A stretch of 51,449 nt of DNA, counting the filler, from Bipalium vagum (taxonomy: Eukaryota): assembly GCA_037834085.1 (NCBI GenBank). It is 2 parts of 2 records of this genome, joined end to end, with 100 filler letters (N's around TTAATTAATTAA, not from the genome) between each part and the next. Parts side by side here need not be neighbours in the genome. Positions count along the whole stretch, not along the records: positions 1 to 24,704 come from JBBMKC010199053.1; 1 more part is not named here. One strand, 5' to 3'. Within the stretch, counting starts at the first letter, position 1; the number at the start of each line of letters is the position of its first letter. The translations under genes and the position numbers were made by a program. Shown piece after piece: positions 13,801-24,576 of this stretch. The notes beneath the pieces were generated by a model, which was given only the letters and a program-made list of their open reading frames with translations, was not told the origin of the DNA and did not search any database.

Positions 13801-16800
13801 CTAATTAAGTTAGTAAAATTTAATTTGTTTGTTTGTTTTGAAAGATAAATATATTTCTATGAAGAAGTTTGAAATTCTTTCCCGTATTTTCTGTTTTGTG
13901 TAAAATAAAATGAAATTTGTAAATTGAAAAATGAAATTGAATTTTTTAACTAAGAAAAAAATTATATAACGGTTGTCCATAACAGAATCGTACAAAAATG
14001 AACATTTATTATAATTATGAAATGAATAAATTCGTAATTTTTTTACATAAGCAATTAACAGATGTATAGGGTATATGTATAAAATTTTTAGTACAATAAT
14101 CATTATCAATACATTTCAAGATGGGAGCCATTTGTTACGCGTAGTGTGTCAAGCCGGTATTCAGTACAGATGTTTTCAGCATTTCCGGAGTGATTGTTGC
14201 AATAATATCCGTAATTCTACTTTTCAAATGTTCCATTTTTTTATGTTGATTGAATACACCAGACCTTTTACATAGCCACAGAGACAAAATTCTAGTGGGA
14301 AATAAATCTGGTGATCGTGGTGGCCAAGGAATCGGGTCACCTTTTCCTACCCATCTTTCAGGAAACCAATTATTGAGGAAATAACATGTCGCCTCATCGG
14401 GGAACAATATTTTTTGAAGGAAATACGGATCGTTATCTAATCTTTCCAGCATATTTACAGCAAAATTAGCGCGATTAATCTTGTAAATATTAAAGAAAGC
14501 AATTTTTTCTACAATTCTTTTATGGACACCCTGTATTATTAAAATATTTTAATTCGCAAAAATCAATGTAATAAATTGGCTATATTCTACGGTATATTAA
14601 TATTTTTGGAAATATTTTTTTCAACAATTTTCTTTTGAAATATAATTAATGAAAAATATTTTAAAACTTAAATTTAACATTTATTTTCATTATTTTAAAT
14701 AATAATAATTGGCAGATTTTCACTACATTTTAACCATTCTTAATCCCATGATATGAAATAATGTGCTAGAATTCCAAGTGGATTTTATTTCCGAAACGGA
14801 ATGTTTTTTTTTATCAAAAATAACCAAAGTTTTAAAATAATATTTTTTTTTCAAAAATAATTATTTTCAATAAATAAAAATAATTTGGTATTAATTTCGT
14901 ATTTTAACCTAGTCTTTTTCCTTAATTCATATATTAAATTTTTATAAATAATAGTTATTTTCAATTATTTATTTTTTATTTTTAAATGGAAAAGTTAAAA
15001 TTCTTTTTTTTAAAATAGTGTTACAATTATTTATTTATTGTTTTATTTTTTATCATTCACTTGAAAAATATTTAGATTGAAATGAATCAATTTACGATTT
15101 TCATTGAAATTATTTTAAGAAACGATGGGGATTAATTTTGTAATAATCAATATATAATTATGCTAAGTTATATGGATTACATAAAATACGCAAAGATAAC
15201 CAACCAGTAAGACCAGTCCTTTTTCATAACAAATATTGCTCAATACAGAGTGGCAAAATAAGCTGATGAATTTATAAAACCATTAATAGAAATAAAATAT
15301 GAACTGTTAGAATTAAAATTTTGCATATTATAAATAGTTTTGGAAGAACTTCTGAAAAAGATCATACAATATTTTTTGATGTCTGTAGTTTACTTTATGG
15401 ATTATGATTCAATTTTAAGCGATATTATGTTTAATCTAAAATTCTTCAAATTTATACAAAATATTATTTCAAAATTTACTCAATAAGAAAAATATAAAAT
15501 ATTTTATTTTATTAATTAATATACTTATATTAAAAACAGAGATTATAAAACTTTGGCAGTGATTTTACCATTTTGAAATTAGTAATTCAACTACCAATAA
15601 CTTTAATTTTGCAATAGTTGCTTAAGGCAATGAAAAGCTCACCGCGTAATTTCTTTATAAGGTTGAGATCAAGAAGATAATGTGATATGTCATGTGAATC
15701 ATGACTGTGTAATTAATTCTATCTATGGGACCTGGTGTTGTCATGATAACGAATAATTTGTCAATTTCAATTGTTCTCTCTTATTTCGAAAAATCACCTG
15801 TGATAAGAAAGCTGTTGTATACTATTTAGCAATAAAAGTTCTTTATTTTGTAAAGTTATCGTTGTCACATGTTAGTTTAAACAAGACTGGGAAGCAATCA
15901 GATTTTCGTCTTAAACGGGTTTCTCTTGCTTTCACGTCAATCACATTAGATGCCTCAATGTCAGAGTTAAGGGTGCGCATCAAGGTTTAATTGTGCATTG
16001 TTTAAATAGCTCTTGTGCTAAATATATTAAATTTCTTTCTTTATATTTTTGAATATTATAGATCAACTATATCAATTTAACGATTTACAAGTTTAGTTTT
16101 TTAATTGCTATCAAGATGAAGTGTGAAGATGAAGCCAAGAGAATTATTCATTTTTTCGTGACCAATAATGGAGATCGAAAGATAACTATTAAGGACTTCA
16201 TAGATGAAGGATGTAAAAGGCGAACAATTCAGCAAGTGTTGAAACGTTATGTTGATACTGATAAAGTTGGATACTCTAAGAAATCAGGTCCACAACCATC
16301 CGTGGTAACTGCTAAACAGCTGAAGAAGATCAAGAATCATTATACGAGCAATCCAAACATCAGTGAACGTTCAACAGCTACTAAACTCAAAATTTCAAAA
16401 ACTAGTGTAGCGAATGCGAAGAAGAAATTGAGAATCAAATGTAAGAAGAAGATTACTGGTTCAAAATATGTGAAAGATCAAAAGGAACTGGCTAAAAGAT
16501 CACTTAGAAATCTGTACAAACTGTCGATTCCGTCTGGCGGTAATAAGTTCTTTGCTATGGATGATGAAAAATACTGTCCAGTTGATCCATCTCAGGTGCC
16601 AGGTAATGAATATTACAATATAGTCGGCGATTTTGAGATTGATAATTAATAATAGAACGGTTTTGGGAATTGTGCAAGAGAAGGTACAAAGAATTGAACA
16701 AGGAATGTGACACAATTAGCAAATTTAAGAATGCTGGGTGAAGATTTCAAAGGAAGTAGCACAGAAAAGCGGTGCTAATCTGTTTACAAATTTCAATCAT

Positions 16801-19800
16801 AATTTATACACTGGTGGCTATAAAGGACTGTAGTTTTATTGAATTCAGATATATGTATTTGTGTTCTTTGTATTTCCAAACAAAGTTTTAAAAAATTTCA
16901 TTCAGATCAAATTTTATTTACCTTTGAACCTTGACCACTCTTTAGGTGATATGCCAACCTCTTTTAATCATTTCATGGACATCATTACTAGTTCTGAAAC
17001 GGATGTTGACCTCGCGAAATTCGAATTCAAGATTTGTGCTTCAACACTAGAAATCTGCATGTCATAAGCAAAACCAGAACCTTAGCAGTACTTCATTTAG
17101 AAAGGCTAAATAAAGTTGATATTTTGTACGAGGGACTTTTTAAAGAATATCAAATCACAGAAGGAACATTTTCCCATGAAAGTTTCAGATATTATTTGTA
17201 ATTTCCCTTTCAAATCTTTACCTATTTATTCAAATGATTTATTGTAATTCAATGTCATATTATATGATTATATCAATCATAGAACGAGAATATCACTTAA
17301 AGTACCTGATTTTAACATTTTCCCAGGACTGATCGTCATTATTTAACTATTAAAAGTAAATGTTTATCTTATAGAGATGCACTTAATTATTAAATCTGGT
17401 AAATCAATTTAATTAAAATAATTACACATTTTATATATAAGAATAATCTGTAAAAATATAAAAATAACATTTAATTATTAAAAACATAAATGAATATTTT
17501 AATATTAAATATCTTCATGATTTTACAAGAAAATTACTGTTAAATTCCATTCAAACTATTTCCACAAAAACGCTTGGAGAAAATTATTATCAAATAAAAA
17601 TAAAATTGGCCAAAATCTAAAAGAAAAAAAAATCGTAAATAAAAGATTTGATTTTATTTTTAAAAATTATTTTAAAAAAAAGCGATTCATTAAAAAAGAC
17701 TGAAATTAAATGAATATCTCACTTGATAATAATTAAAGTTAAAATATTTTGGGTTTTAATGATTTAATAATTTCAGGAATATTTTCTGCTTGTTATTAGG
17801 GAAATAATGTTGCCAAAAAATGGGCTTTTCAAGTATTACAAAGAATCAAAGCTATGCTATTTTCAACAAAGTGTATGTTAAATTTTTTTACTTCATTTAT
17901 TCCATTTTGTCAAATTTGTGTAGAAATATTGAAAAATATTTTTTTCACTTTTTACAATGTAGAATATTTTTTGAAATTCTAATTATTTTTATTATATATT
18001 TATCTTTATATTTTGTTAATATCTATATATTTATATTTTTATATTTTTATACTTACATTTTTATTTTTTATTATATATTTATTTTTATATTTTTATTTGC
18101 ATTTATATTTTTCTACAAAAGTAAAAATTTTATTTCTTTATTTATTCCATATAATTAAATCTTTTTTATAATTGTTATAAAAATAGTTTTCCCATTTTAT
18201 TATTTAGAATATTTTCTAAATTTCTTTTTATTTATATTTAAAAACAAAACTAATTATTAATTTTTATAATTTCTTTTTAATATTTTAATTTCAAATTTTA
18301 TGTAATTATCGTGAATGTATTTGAAAAATAGAATAAAAATTAACATATTTCGGCATTTTACATGATAAAGATTCAGGAAATGAATTAAAAATTAAACAAG
18401 TAATGAAATTTTATTAATTTTATTGTTAATTTATTACTTATAGAAAATAGTGAGAAATATGAAAAACAATTAATGATTAGACACATCAAAACTTCAATAA
18501 ATAGATTTTAAAGTTTGTTAATAAATAAAAGTCAACAGATTCAACGCAACCCATTTTCGTGGAAATAATATTATTACAATAATTAAAAAGACTTCGTTTA
18601 ATAATCTAGATAAACTAAAATCCATAAATTTATGCTTTTTTGTTACAATTTTAACTAGTCACTCTCAGATGTCTGAACCATGTATAACCATATATAAGCA
18701 GCTCCAAAAATATTATAATTAACACAAGTAATAGTATTGTTAAAGTGAATTGAGGACGTTCGTAGTGATTCGACAGAGTGAATTGGTAACAAGTTACTTG
18801 ATATTATGAACTAGTACAAGGATTGTGCTTGAAAAATCTACAAATCATTAAGACTAGCAGGTGCTCTAAAGACCCGGGTATTCCAAAAAATAGCCTAAGG
18901 TGAAGTTGGCTCAAAAAATATATTTTTTGTTTAATAATTAATCGATTAGATACTAAATGTTTTTTTTATGTTTACATTTTATATTCATCTATTAAGTCGT
19001 AAAATTAGCGAGTGTTTTTTATACATTGTCTGGCTGCTTGTGATTCAATTAAATAAAAATTTTGGACTTACGTGTTACTTATTTCAAGAAAGGATGTTAA
19101 TTATTTACGAACAGAACTGGTGGATTTTAAAGTGATATCTTATTGTGAGTTTAATACATATAAATAAAAATTGAGAGTAGTTTAATTTCATAAAAATTAT
19201 AAATTAATTTTTTTCATGGATCCGAGAACAGTCAAATTTAATTGATCCTCATAATTTTATAGACAAAATTTAGAAATCAACTGAACACTGAACTTCCATA
19301 GAGAAGACATTTAAATCAATTGAAAATAATCTTTTATTAATATTATTATATTATATTATATTGTATTATATTATTAATATTTAAACACATATTTTCTATT
19401 TTTATTGTTTTTTAAAGATTGAGCAATTACTTATTTGATGAATTGAGTAAATTAAAATGTTAGATGACAATTTATGTAGTTTATTATGTTTTCAATTTTT
19501 TACATTATTATTCATTTTGTCATAAATATACTCATTTTAATGAATTGAGTTGGAATTATGACAATTGCTGTTTAATCAGTCTAATTTAATCAGATATCAA
19601 CATTTTTGTATACCTATCTCTTAAATAGGTAATTAAATAATTCATGAATAACAAGAAATACTCATATTACATTTAGTAAAGGGGATAAAATAAAAAACAT
19701 TTCATCCAACTATCGGACTTTGAAAGAGAGGTCCTCTGAAGATACAGTAAATTTTAGAGAAAGCACCAGACGTTTGATAAAAAATCATTTCACTATTTTA

Positions 19801-22800
19801 TGTACATACAATTCGTGGTGTGAGGTAAGCTTGTAACATCATGGCAGAGTCAGTGGATAACATCGAAGCACCAACGTAGATACCTTGATATCTTAGCTGT
19901 TACAGATAAATTTATGCCGATCACAGAAATTGACAAATTGGAAAATGGATCTCATAAAAATGTTATCCCTCAGCAATACATATCGAACTCATTTGATTTT
20001 TTCCTTTGGATCAATATAAAGAACATTATTTAGTTAATGAATATCCACTATTGATGAACCGAAATAAATAACTGTGGATGCCTGCGATAAAAGAAATGAA
20101 CTATTTCTTAGTAGTCATGAAACGAAAACAGAAATTTTCCTTTCACTCCATTCAGAGATATTAAACAGTGTCATTTAGAACCGTTTATAAAATCGTAACA
20201 TTTCGTTTCTGGTAACGTTAATGAGCATAATATACAATTGTCAGTTTTGTTTTTTTCACAATTACAAGGTTAAAATTGTGAATAGACTTATCGAACACCC
20301 CTTGGATGGACTAATCTGGCTCATATGAGCATACTGATGTATATATTATTAATTGTACAAGAATATATTTTTTTAAAAGTTAGGCATTATAGTACGATAA
20401 TGGTATCTAACGCTGGACATATCACAATGTTCAACTTTTAATGTTCGTTTTAAAATATGATTATTGTAAGACATTGCTTTAAGGTAAAAGACAAAGATAA
20501 AATGTACCAATGTGTTGGACAATTATGTGGATTAGCTATCTATAATAGCGTTATTGTGGATCTTCATTTTCCCTTGGCCTTATTTAAAAAACTTCTAGGA
20601 GAAGAAGTATGCTTGGATGACCTGATAGAGTTGGATCCAGTTCTTGGAAATTCTTTTCAGCAAATCTTAGACTACAACGAGAAAGATTTTAAAGACGTAT
20701 TCTGTTTGTTTCAAGAGGTAATTATAGAATAATTAGAGTGAAATTTCAAAAAATATTAAATTTAAATATATTGTAACATAAACATGATTAAACTTTGTAA
20801 TATTTTGGTCTTCGTTAGCATAATATATTATCATTTATTATATAATAATAATTATTATAACTATAAATATATAGTAATTTTCATTAACACTGAAAACAGA
20901 TTTAAAAAATTATAGCTGAAATGCTTGTCTTCCTTTTATTTGATTGTTAAGCATGAAATCTGTGGTTACTTTCTGACTCACCTCGTGAGAAGCTAAAAAT
21001 ATCTGAGTAACATATTTAATTTTTTAATTTAATTTGCAGTATATTGAGCTAAAAGATTTAAATAATTAAATAAAAGTATAAAGTAAATTTTTAATAAGAA
21101 CAAGCGTAAATTTTAAAGATCAATATATTCGAATTAAATGCGAAAATTTTATATGTGAAAAGTATTATAATTTCATTTGTTTAAATAGCAAAATGAAAAA
21201 AACAGGAAGCGGTTTGAATTAATAAATTATTATGGAGTGTAATGATTTTTTAGCCACAACTTACACACCAATATAATAGCTGATTATTTGACACTTGGTT
21301 AATATTTTATCATTCAGTTTTTAGTGCTGGTAATTTGCATATTTTATTATGCTTAAAGTAATCTTTGTAAGCTGAAAAATATTAATCAATTGTCTTAATT
21401 AATCAATTTTATTTAAAAGGGATATATTTGAAATGTACATCATTATAAAGTATGAGTTTAAAGGCGGCCAACAGCATAGCAGATGGCCAGAAATATTAAT
21501 AATGTATCTGGTTGCAGTGTTATGACACGTCAGAAAATATTAATTCAAGGTAGGTGTGATTTATTATGAATTCATCAAACTGAAGTTATCAATCAAATAT
21601 AGTCTAACCAACTTTATAAAAATATTCAATAACTTAAAGCAAAACAGAACGATTAGTTAATTGGTCAGCTATTATATTGTATGATAATGCTATACCTCAT
21701 ACTGAACAAATGACTGTGGAAAAAATATAGAAATTGGAACTTCTTAATCACTCTTCATACTTACCCCACTAACCACTATCTCTTCAATTTGAGCAAATCT
21801 TCAATAGAAGAACAATTCAATTCAGAAAATTATGTTAGATTGGCATTCCAGGAATTCAATGATTCTCGTACTCCAGAATTTCACATGCTTAAGAAACTGT
21901 CGTTTAAATAACCAGAGTGTATAGATACTTATGGATATAATGAATAAAACCAAATTAAGACTGAAAAATAAATTTAGAAATAATATTTTTCAGTTTCTAA
22001 ATATATTTTTAAAAAAAAAGTAAAAAAATAAAAAAATGAAAAATATAATTATGGAATATTTATATATTTTAATATACATTATCAAAAGATGTCTGCTGAA
22101 ATTGCTAAAAATTAACATATATCATTAAATGAATATTATTATTCATATTAAATTCATAATAATAAATGAATTATTGTGATATTATTTCCGATTTAATTGA
22201 CTTTATTAAGTACGTGATCCAACAAAGACATAAAATTTGATAATGGAAAATGTAATGAAAAGCAGATAAATAATTATACATGACATTGAAGCTGATCTTT
22301 CCTCTTTTGCAAAATAAATAAATAATAATTAAAAGTGTATTAATGATTAGCGTTATTATTTTAAGCTGAAATTCATAAATAATAATTTCACTAGTAATTG
22401 TTATTTATATAAAATGAAAAAATAATAAGATTTTAAATCTTTATCTTTAAATTAAAATATAATAAAATGAAATTCAGTAAATTTTATGAAGTTATAAATA
22501 TAATTAATTAATTTTATTCAGTGATATAAATTTATTGAATTTATATTTCTGTTTTACGAAATTTATATAAATTAATTTTATTACTTATTATTTACTTTAT
22601 TTTTACATTATAGATTTAATTAAAATTTTATTATCATAATAAAAAATATAAATAAAAAATACGAATGAAAATTTGAAATAAATTGTATATTTGAATTAAA
22701 TATAATAAAATAATTTTTTTTAATTTTATGGTAAAATACTATATTTTATAATATCATATTTTTTATATTAATAATAATTATATATTAATTATTTATATTA

Positions 22801-23618
22801 ATATTTATATTTTAAATTTTTAAATCGATAAAAGAATAAATAATAATAAAAGAATAATTAAAAAATATTTATAAAGAAAAAATGAAAACATTTTTTGTGC
22901 AATTTATTCGGAAAAATTATTAATTTTAAAATATTATTTTTAATTATAAATCAAGAAAATTAATTAAGTAAGTAAGGAATTGTTTTCTTTAAATTTATTT
23001 AAAATTAAAAAATATAAAAAAGTTTACAGGTTTCGGAATTATTTTTAAAACTCATTTATTTCACTTAATAAAATATAAAAAACAATAAATATGATCAAGT
23101 ATAAAAATAATGATCCGAAATGTGTATTATTTAAGATTATATGGGAAGACGTCAATGGTAAGCCGAATAGACATGAACTGGTAACAAATGGTAAATCCTC
23201 CCCTGTAACAAATGATAATAAGGAGCAGCACGTCCTCGACTATATACACTTTATTTTTAACGAAAACGTCGAGTCAGGGTTTAATGCTTTTAAGTCAGGC
23301 TTTGACTTCGTTTGCGTTGGCTCAGTTTTAAAACTCTTCCGACCCATCGAACTGCAAGTACGTTCAATTGAAATTACAAGTTTACCAGGATTTTATTCAT
23401 TAAATAATAATAAGGAGATGATGGTGGGAATTGAAATCACCGATTGGTTAGAGTTGAAGAAAAATGCAATTTACGAAGGAGAATACTGGAAGGGTCACGA
23501 AGTTATTATTTGGTTTTGGGAAGTACTGAAAGAACTGGATAATGAAAATAAGAAACGTTTTCTTCGCTTTCTCACAGGCTGCGATCGGGCTCCAATAACG
23601 GGAATGGTAGATTTAAAA
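1118..23618 (+). CDS. HERC4: Small HERC family HECT E3 ubiquitin ligase (HERC3/HERC4-like), partial. Exons 1118-1428, 5038-5087, 5442-5504, 6928-6987, 11643-11762, 13109-13378, 13431-13478, 17777-17872, 20484-20717, 23136-23357, 23415-23618
   Basis: All exons have AG/GT boundaries and consistent phases. The joined translation follows the HERC4 pre-HECT and HECT motifs in order: HGVDID, CLRSFLIL, FCSYPFVFDAKAK, KKPLK-ISFSNEEAVDDGGVVK-EYFLL, CGLAIYNSVIVDLHFPLALFKKLL, FWEVL...KKRFLRFLTGCDRAP. RCC1-like exons and the last (catalytic Cys) exon are not present. Confidence 0.92.
2930..3640 (-). mobile_element. Gypsy/Ty3 LTR-retrotransposon integrase fragment (frameshifted)
   Basis: Minus-strand translation across frameshifts: ILGIIDQFSKYVSL...WILRFECPDRIHVDCGR...IERQFCTMRDFINATL..WTEILPKVEFAINAT...GSYKVIK, i.e. 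an rve core plus a GPY/F-like motif. Confidence 0.85.
4030..4689 (+). mobile_element. Tc1/mariner maT (DD37D)-type transposon remnant, 3' part
   Basis: RPYVWQKYSVSCHT...NNWPPNSPDLNPMD at ~4275-4415; ends in CACTG|TA. Confidence 0.75.
5038..5087 (+). CDS. HERC4: HERC4-like exon (DSWLTILKPRFFKKVVQ)
   Basis: tttag/gtaaat; phase 1 to 0; resembles HERC4 NWWSVLEPPLFLKIV. Confidence 0.8.
5442..5504 (+). CDS. HERC4: HERC4-like exon (TITDLVKYHISLLDNKHQNKF)
   Basis: cttag/gtaagt; 63 nt, open, phase 0. Confidence 0.75.
5709..6797 (-). mobile_element. Decayed mariner (DD34D) element
   Basis: N-terminal ...YDTISERTVRN near 6480-6590; C-terminal FFESQPEDFYKSGIH near 5830; degenerate TIRs TTAGGTTGGCCAAAT / ATTTAGGTCACTTAA. 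Confidence 0.72.
6928..6987 (+). CDS. HERC4: HERC4-like exon (SERAQTHLAASLDLLKILYV)
   Basis: tatag/gtacat; 60 nt; resembles HERC4 LHTALKVLEILHRV. Confidence 0.78.
7470..8223 (-). mobile_element. rosa (DD41D)-type Tc1/mariner element, internally deleted
   Basis: ORFs 7804-8031 (QIFGRYN..TVENLVQKFEST...SIQHRSQELG) and 7541-7792 (MWFQQCRATC...TPFDFFLFGYVKSLVY); TIR-like end TTCATGAAACGCCCTC|TA. Confidence 0.85.
8895..8966. repeat. (AAT)n directly followed by inverted (ATT)n microsatellite
   Basis: About 20 AAT units, then 4 ATT units. Confidence 0.92.
10530..10925. repeat. Degenerate (AAT)n-derived low-complexity tract
   Basis: Nearly pure A/T with AAT periodicity. Confidence 0.8.
10937..11277 (+). 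mobile_element. Structured non-coding element with (TAA)n tail (SINE-like or LINE 3' end)
   Basis: GC-richer 320-bp island with internal stems, embedded in AAT repeats and ending in (TAA)6. Confidence 0.35.
11643..11762 (+). CDS. HERC4: HERC4-like exon (INEKHKIISYNLFYISSVNDKIDIEKNFLDWASSNSQYSS)
   Basis: ttttcag/gtatgt; 120 nt; resembles HERC4 VNEK..IIQYDKFYI...IDIRNDYINW. Confidence 0.88.
12230..12660 (+). mobile_element. mariner C-terminal remnant interrupted by a MITE
   Basis: GWEIVCNPPYSFDLS (YSPDL motif) at ~12275-12320, and NLFLNKKKDFYESGSIKLQNYW after the MITE. Confidence 0.75.
12396..12537. mobile_element. 142-bp Tc1/mariner-type MITE
   Basis: TIRs GAGGGGTCCATGAAAATTTCGTTTTT / AAAAACGAAATTGTTTATGGACCCCTC; TA on the left flank. 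Confidence 0.85.
13109..13378 (+). CDS. HERC4: HERC4-like exon (MTFSFCSYPFVFDAKAK...FKKPLK), start of HECT
   Basis: taag/gtaagc; 270 nt; conserved CxYPFVFDAxAK motif and KKPLK. Confidence 0.92.
13431..13478 (+). CDS. HERC4: HERC4-like exon (ISFSNEEAVDDGGVVK)
   Basis: Follows a 52-nt intron; caag/gtaaga; HECT F.GE.AVD.GGV.K motif. Confidence 0.9.
14067..14533 (-). mobile_element. Internally deleted rosa/DD41D-like element with both ends
   Basis: ORF 14135-14452 joins ILFPDEAT directly to FPERWVGKGDPIPWPPRSPDL; ends TA|TAGGGT... and ...GGACACCCTG|TA. Confidence 0.85.
15160..15300 (+). mobile_element. Penelope-like element reverse transcriptase fragment
   Basis: AKLYGLHKIRKDNQPVRPVLF, then after a frameshift QYRVAK*ADEFIKPLI; matches the PLE RT motif LYGLPKIHK...P.RPI. 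Confidence 0.7.
15600..15870 (+). mobile_element. Possible LTR fragment
   Basis: GC-richer block with AATAAA (15830) and a ...TCACA end, followed by a coding-like sequence that is split by the DD37E insertion. Confidence 0.3.
15970..16942 (+). mobile_element. ITmD37E (DD37E)-type Tc1-like element, internally deleted, with an intact 177-aa N-terminal ORF (16116-16649)
   Basis: The ORF has a bipartite HTH region and FAMDDEKYCPVDPSQVPGNEYY (ITmD37E-like VMDDETYV..D..Q.PG..FY). Immediately after the stop come IERFWELCKR and WVKISKEV. Degenerate TIRs AGGGTG..TCAAGGTT flanked by TA. Confidence 0.85.
16116..16649 (+). CDS. Truncated transposase (DNA-binding domain plus first catalytic D only)
   Basis: Uninterrupted 177-aa ORF within the DD37E element. 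Confidence 0.65.
   Translation: MKCEDEAKRIIHFFVTNNGDRKITIKDFIDEGCKRRTIQQVLKRYVDTDKVGYSKKSGPQPSVVTAKQLKKIKNHYTSNPNISERSTATKLKISKTSVANAKKKLRIKCKKKITGSKYVKDQKELAKRSLRNLYKLSIPSGGNKFFAMDDEKYCPVDPSQVPGNEYYNIVGDFEIDN
17777..17872 (+). CDS. HERC4: HERC4-like exon (EYFLLVIREIMLPKNGLFKYYKESKLCYFQQS)
   Basis: tttcag/gtatgt; 96 nt; HECT EFF.L...E...P.YGMF motif. Confidence 0.9.
19678..20303 (+). mobile_element. Heavily decayed rosa/DD41D-like remnant
   Basis: SVDNIEA and FDFFLWINIKNII..STIDE fragments; right TIR-like TCGAACACCCCTT. Confidence 0.5.
20484..20717 (+). CDS. HERC4: HERC4-like HECT exon (VKDKDKMYQCVGQLCGLAIYN...FCLFQE)
   Basis: taag/gtaatt; 234 nt; lies within ORF 20457-20732. Confidence 0.9.
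21420..21945 (+). mobile_element. Internally deleted mariner remnant
   Basis: YEFK..RNINNV, GVIYYEF, ILYDNAIPHT...LLNHSSY, FQEFNDSRTPEF. Confidence 0.78.
23136..23357 (+). CDS. HERC4: HERC4-like HECT exon (IIWEDVNG...FRPIELQ)
   Basis: taag/gtacgt; 222 nt; VT..NK..YV and F.AF..GF..V motifs. Confidence 0.9.
23415..23618 (+). CDS. HERC4: HERC4-like HECT exon (EMMVGIEITDW...GMVDLK)
   Basis: Follows a 57-nt intron; donor gtaata; FWEV and FLTG.DR.P motifs. Confidence 0.9.
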
Positions 23619-24010
23619 GTAATAAGTTCTTATTATTTATATTCTAAATCATATCGGTTATACACATTTGTATTTAAATCAGACTGAAAAAGTACAATTG
23701 TAATCTCATTAACTCTTCATCTTCTCTCCAGGATTGATTGTTAAGATTTCTTCTTTATAACAACATCTTGACTCCTGGTCAGTCAAAGCTTCTATTCATT
23801 TTTAATCATCACCTATCATTAATTTATTTATCATTTTGACATTTACACTTCTATCTCGACTATATCCATATTATATATATATAATATTATATTTAACTCA
23901 TTTACAATTAAAAGAATGCCAACTATCAAAACATTTTATCAATTTTACAAAATTATTTTAAAATACTTAGATTTATTTATTATGACTGTGAAATAAATCT
24001 AAAATTAGTC

Positions 24011-24058
24011 GAGAGTTGTAGCTCAGCAGTCAGAGCGGTCCATGTGTATGTGAAAGGT
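24011..24058 (+). pseudogene. tRNA-like 5' half (tRNA pseudogene or tRNA-derived SINE head)
   Basis: TGTAGCTCAGCAGTCAGAGCG is an A box plus D arm (GCTC/GAGC stem). There is no T arm/B box; it is cut by an AT-rich insert. Confidence 0.5.
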
Positions 24059-24576
24059 TAATTTAATTAACTTAATTAATTAACTTAATAATTTTCAACT
24101 AACAATGACCTTCTGTGGTGCTCAACCCACAACAAATTAATAGGTTCTCTTCATTCTCTTTTTTTCATAAAACTAAATATCTTTTAAAATTTTAAATTAC
24201 AGAAAAATCAATTATGAGATAATTAAATATCGACAAGTATTTCTTTAATTTGTCATTATTTTATAAACATATCAAGACCCATGGATTACTTTAAAAGAAA
24301 ACATTAAATATTTTAAAATAATGTGAAATAATTAGATGGGGATTTATTAAAGCAATTTTATTTAATGTTAGTTGAAAAAATGAAGGACTGATTACAATAA
24401 ATTTTGATAATAATTTCTATAAAAACTATTATTTCTTATTTGTATACTCTTGCTCTATAATCCCAATACATTACAAACAAGAATAATAATTAATAATCAA
24501 AATAAAACCATAACAACATTCACTTTCCGTTTCAAAAATATTGCGGTTTTACCAAGTTTGTGAATATATCTATTAG

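Noticed and set aside
17820-18158. 112-aa F/I/Y-rich ORF (and similar ORFs at 786, 8418, 13810, 31688, 31953, 38405, 40578)
   Set aside because: Translations of T-rich or AT-rich low-complexity intron sequence. The real exon here is in another frame (17777-17872).
18640-19330. Possible piggyBac-like or other MITE ends
   Set aside because: No matching TIR pair or TTAA duplication could be established.
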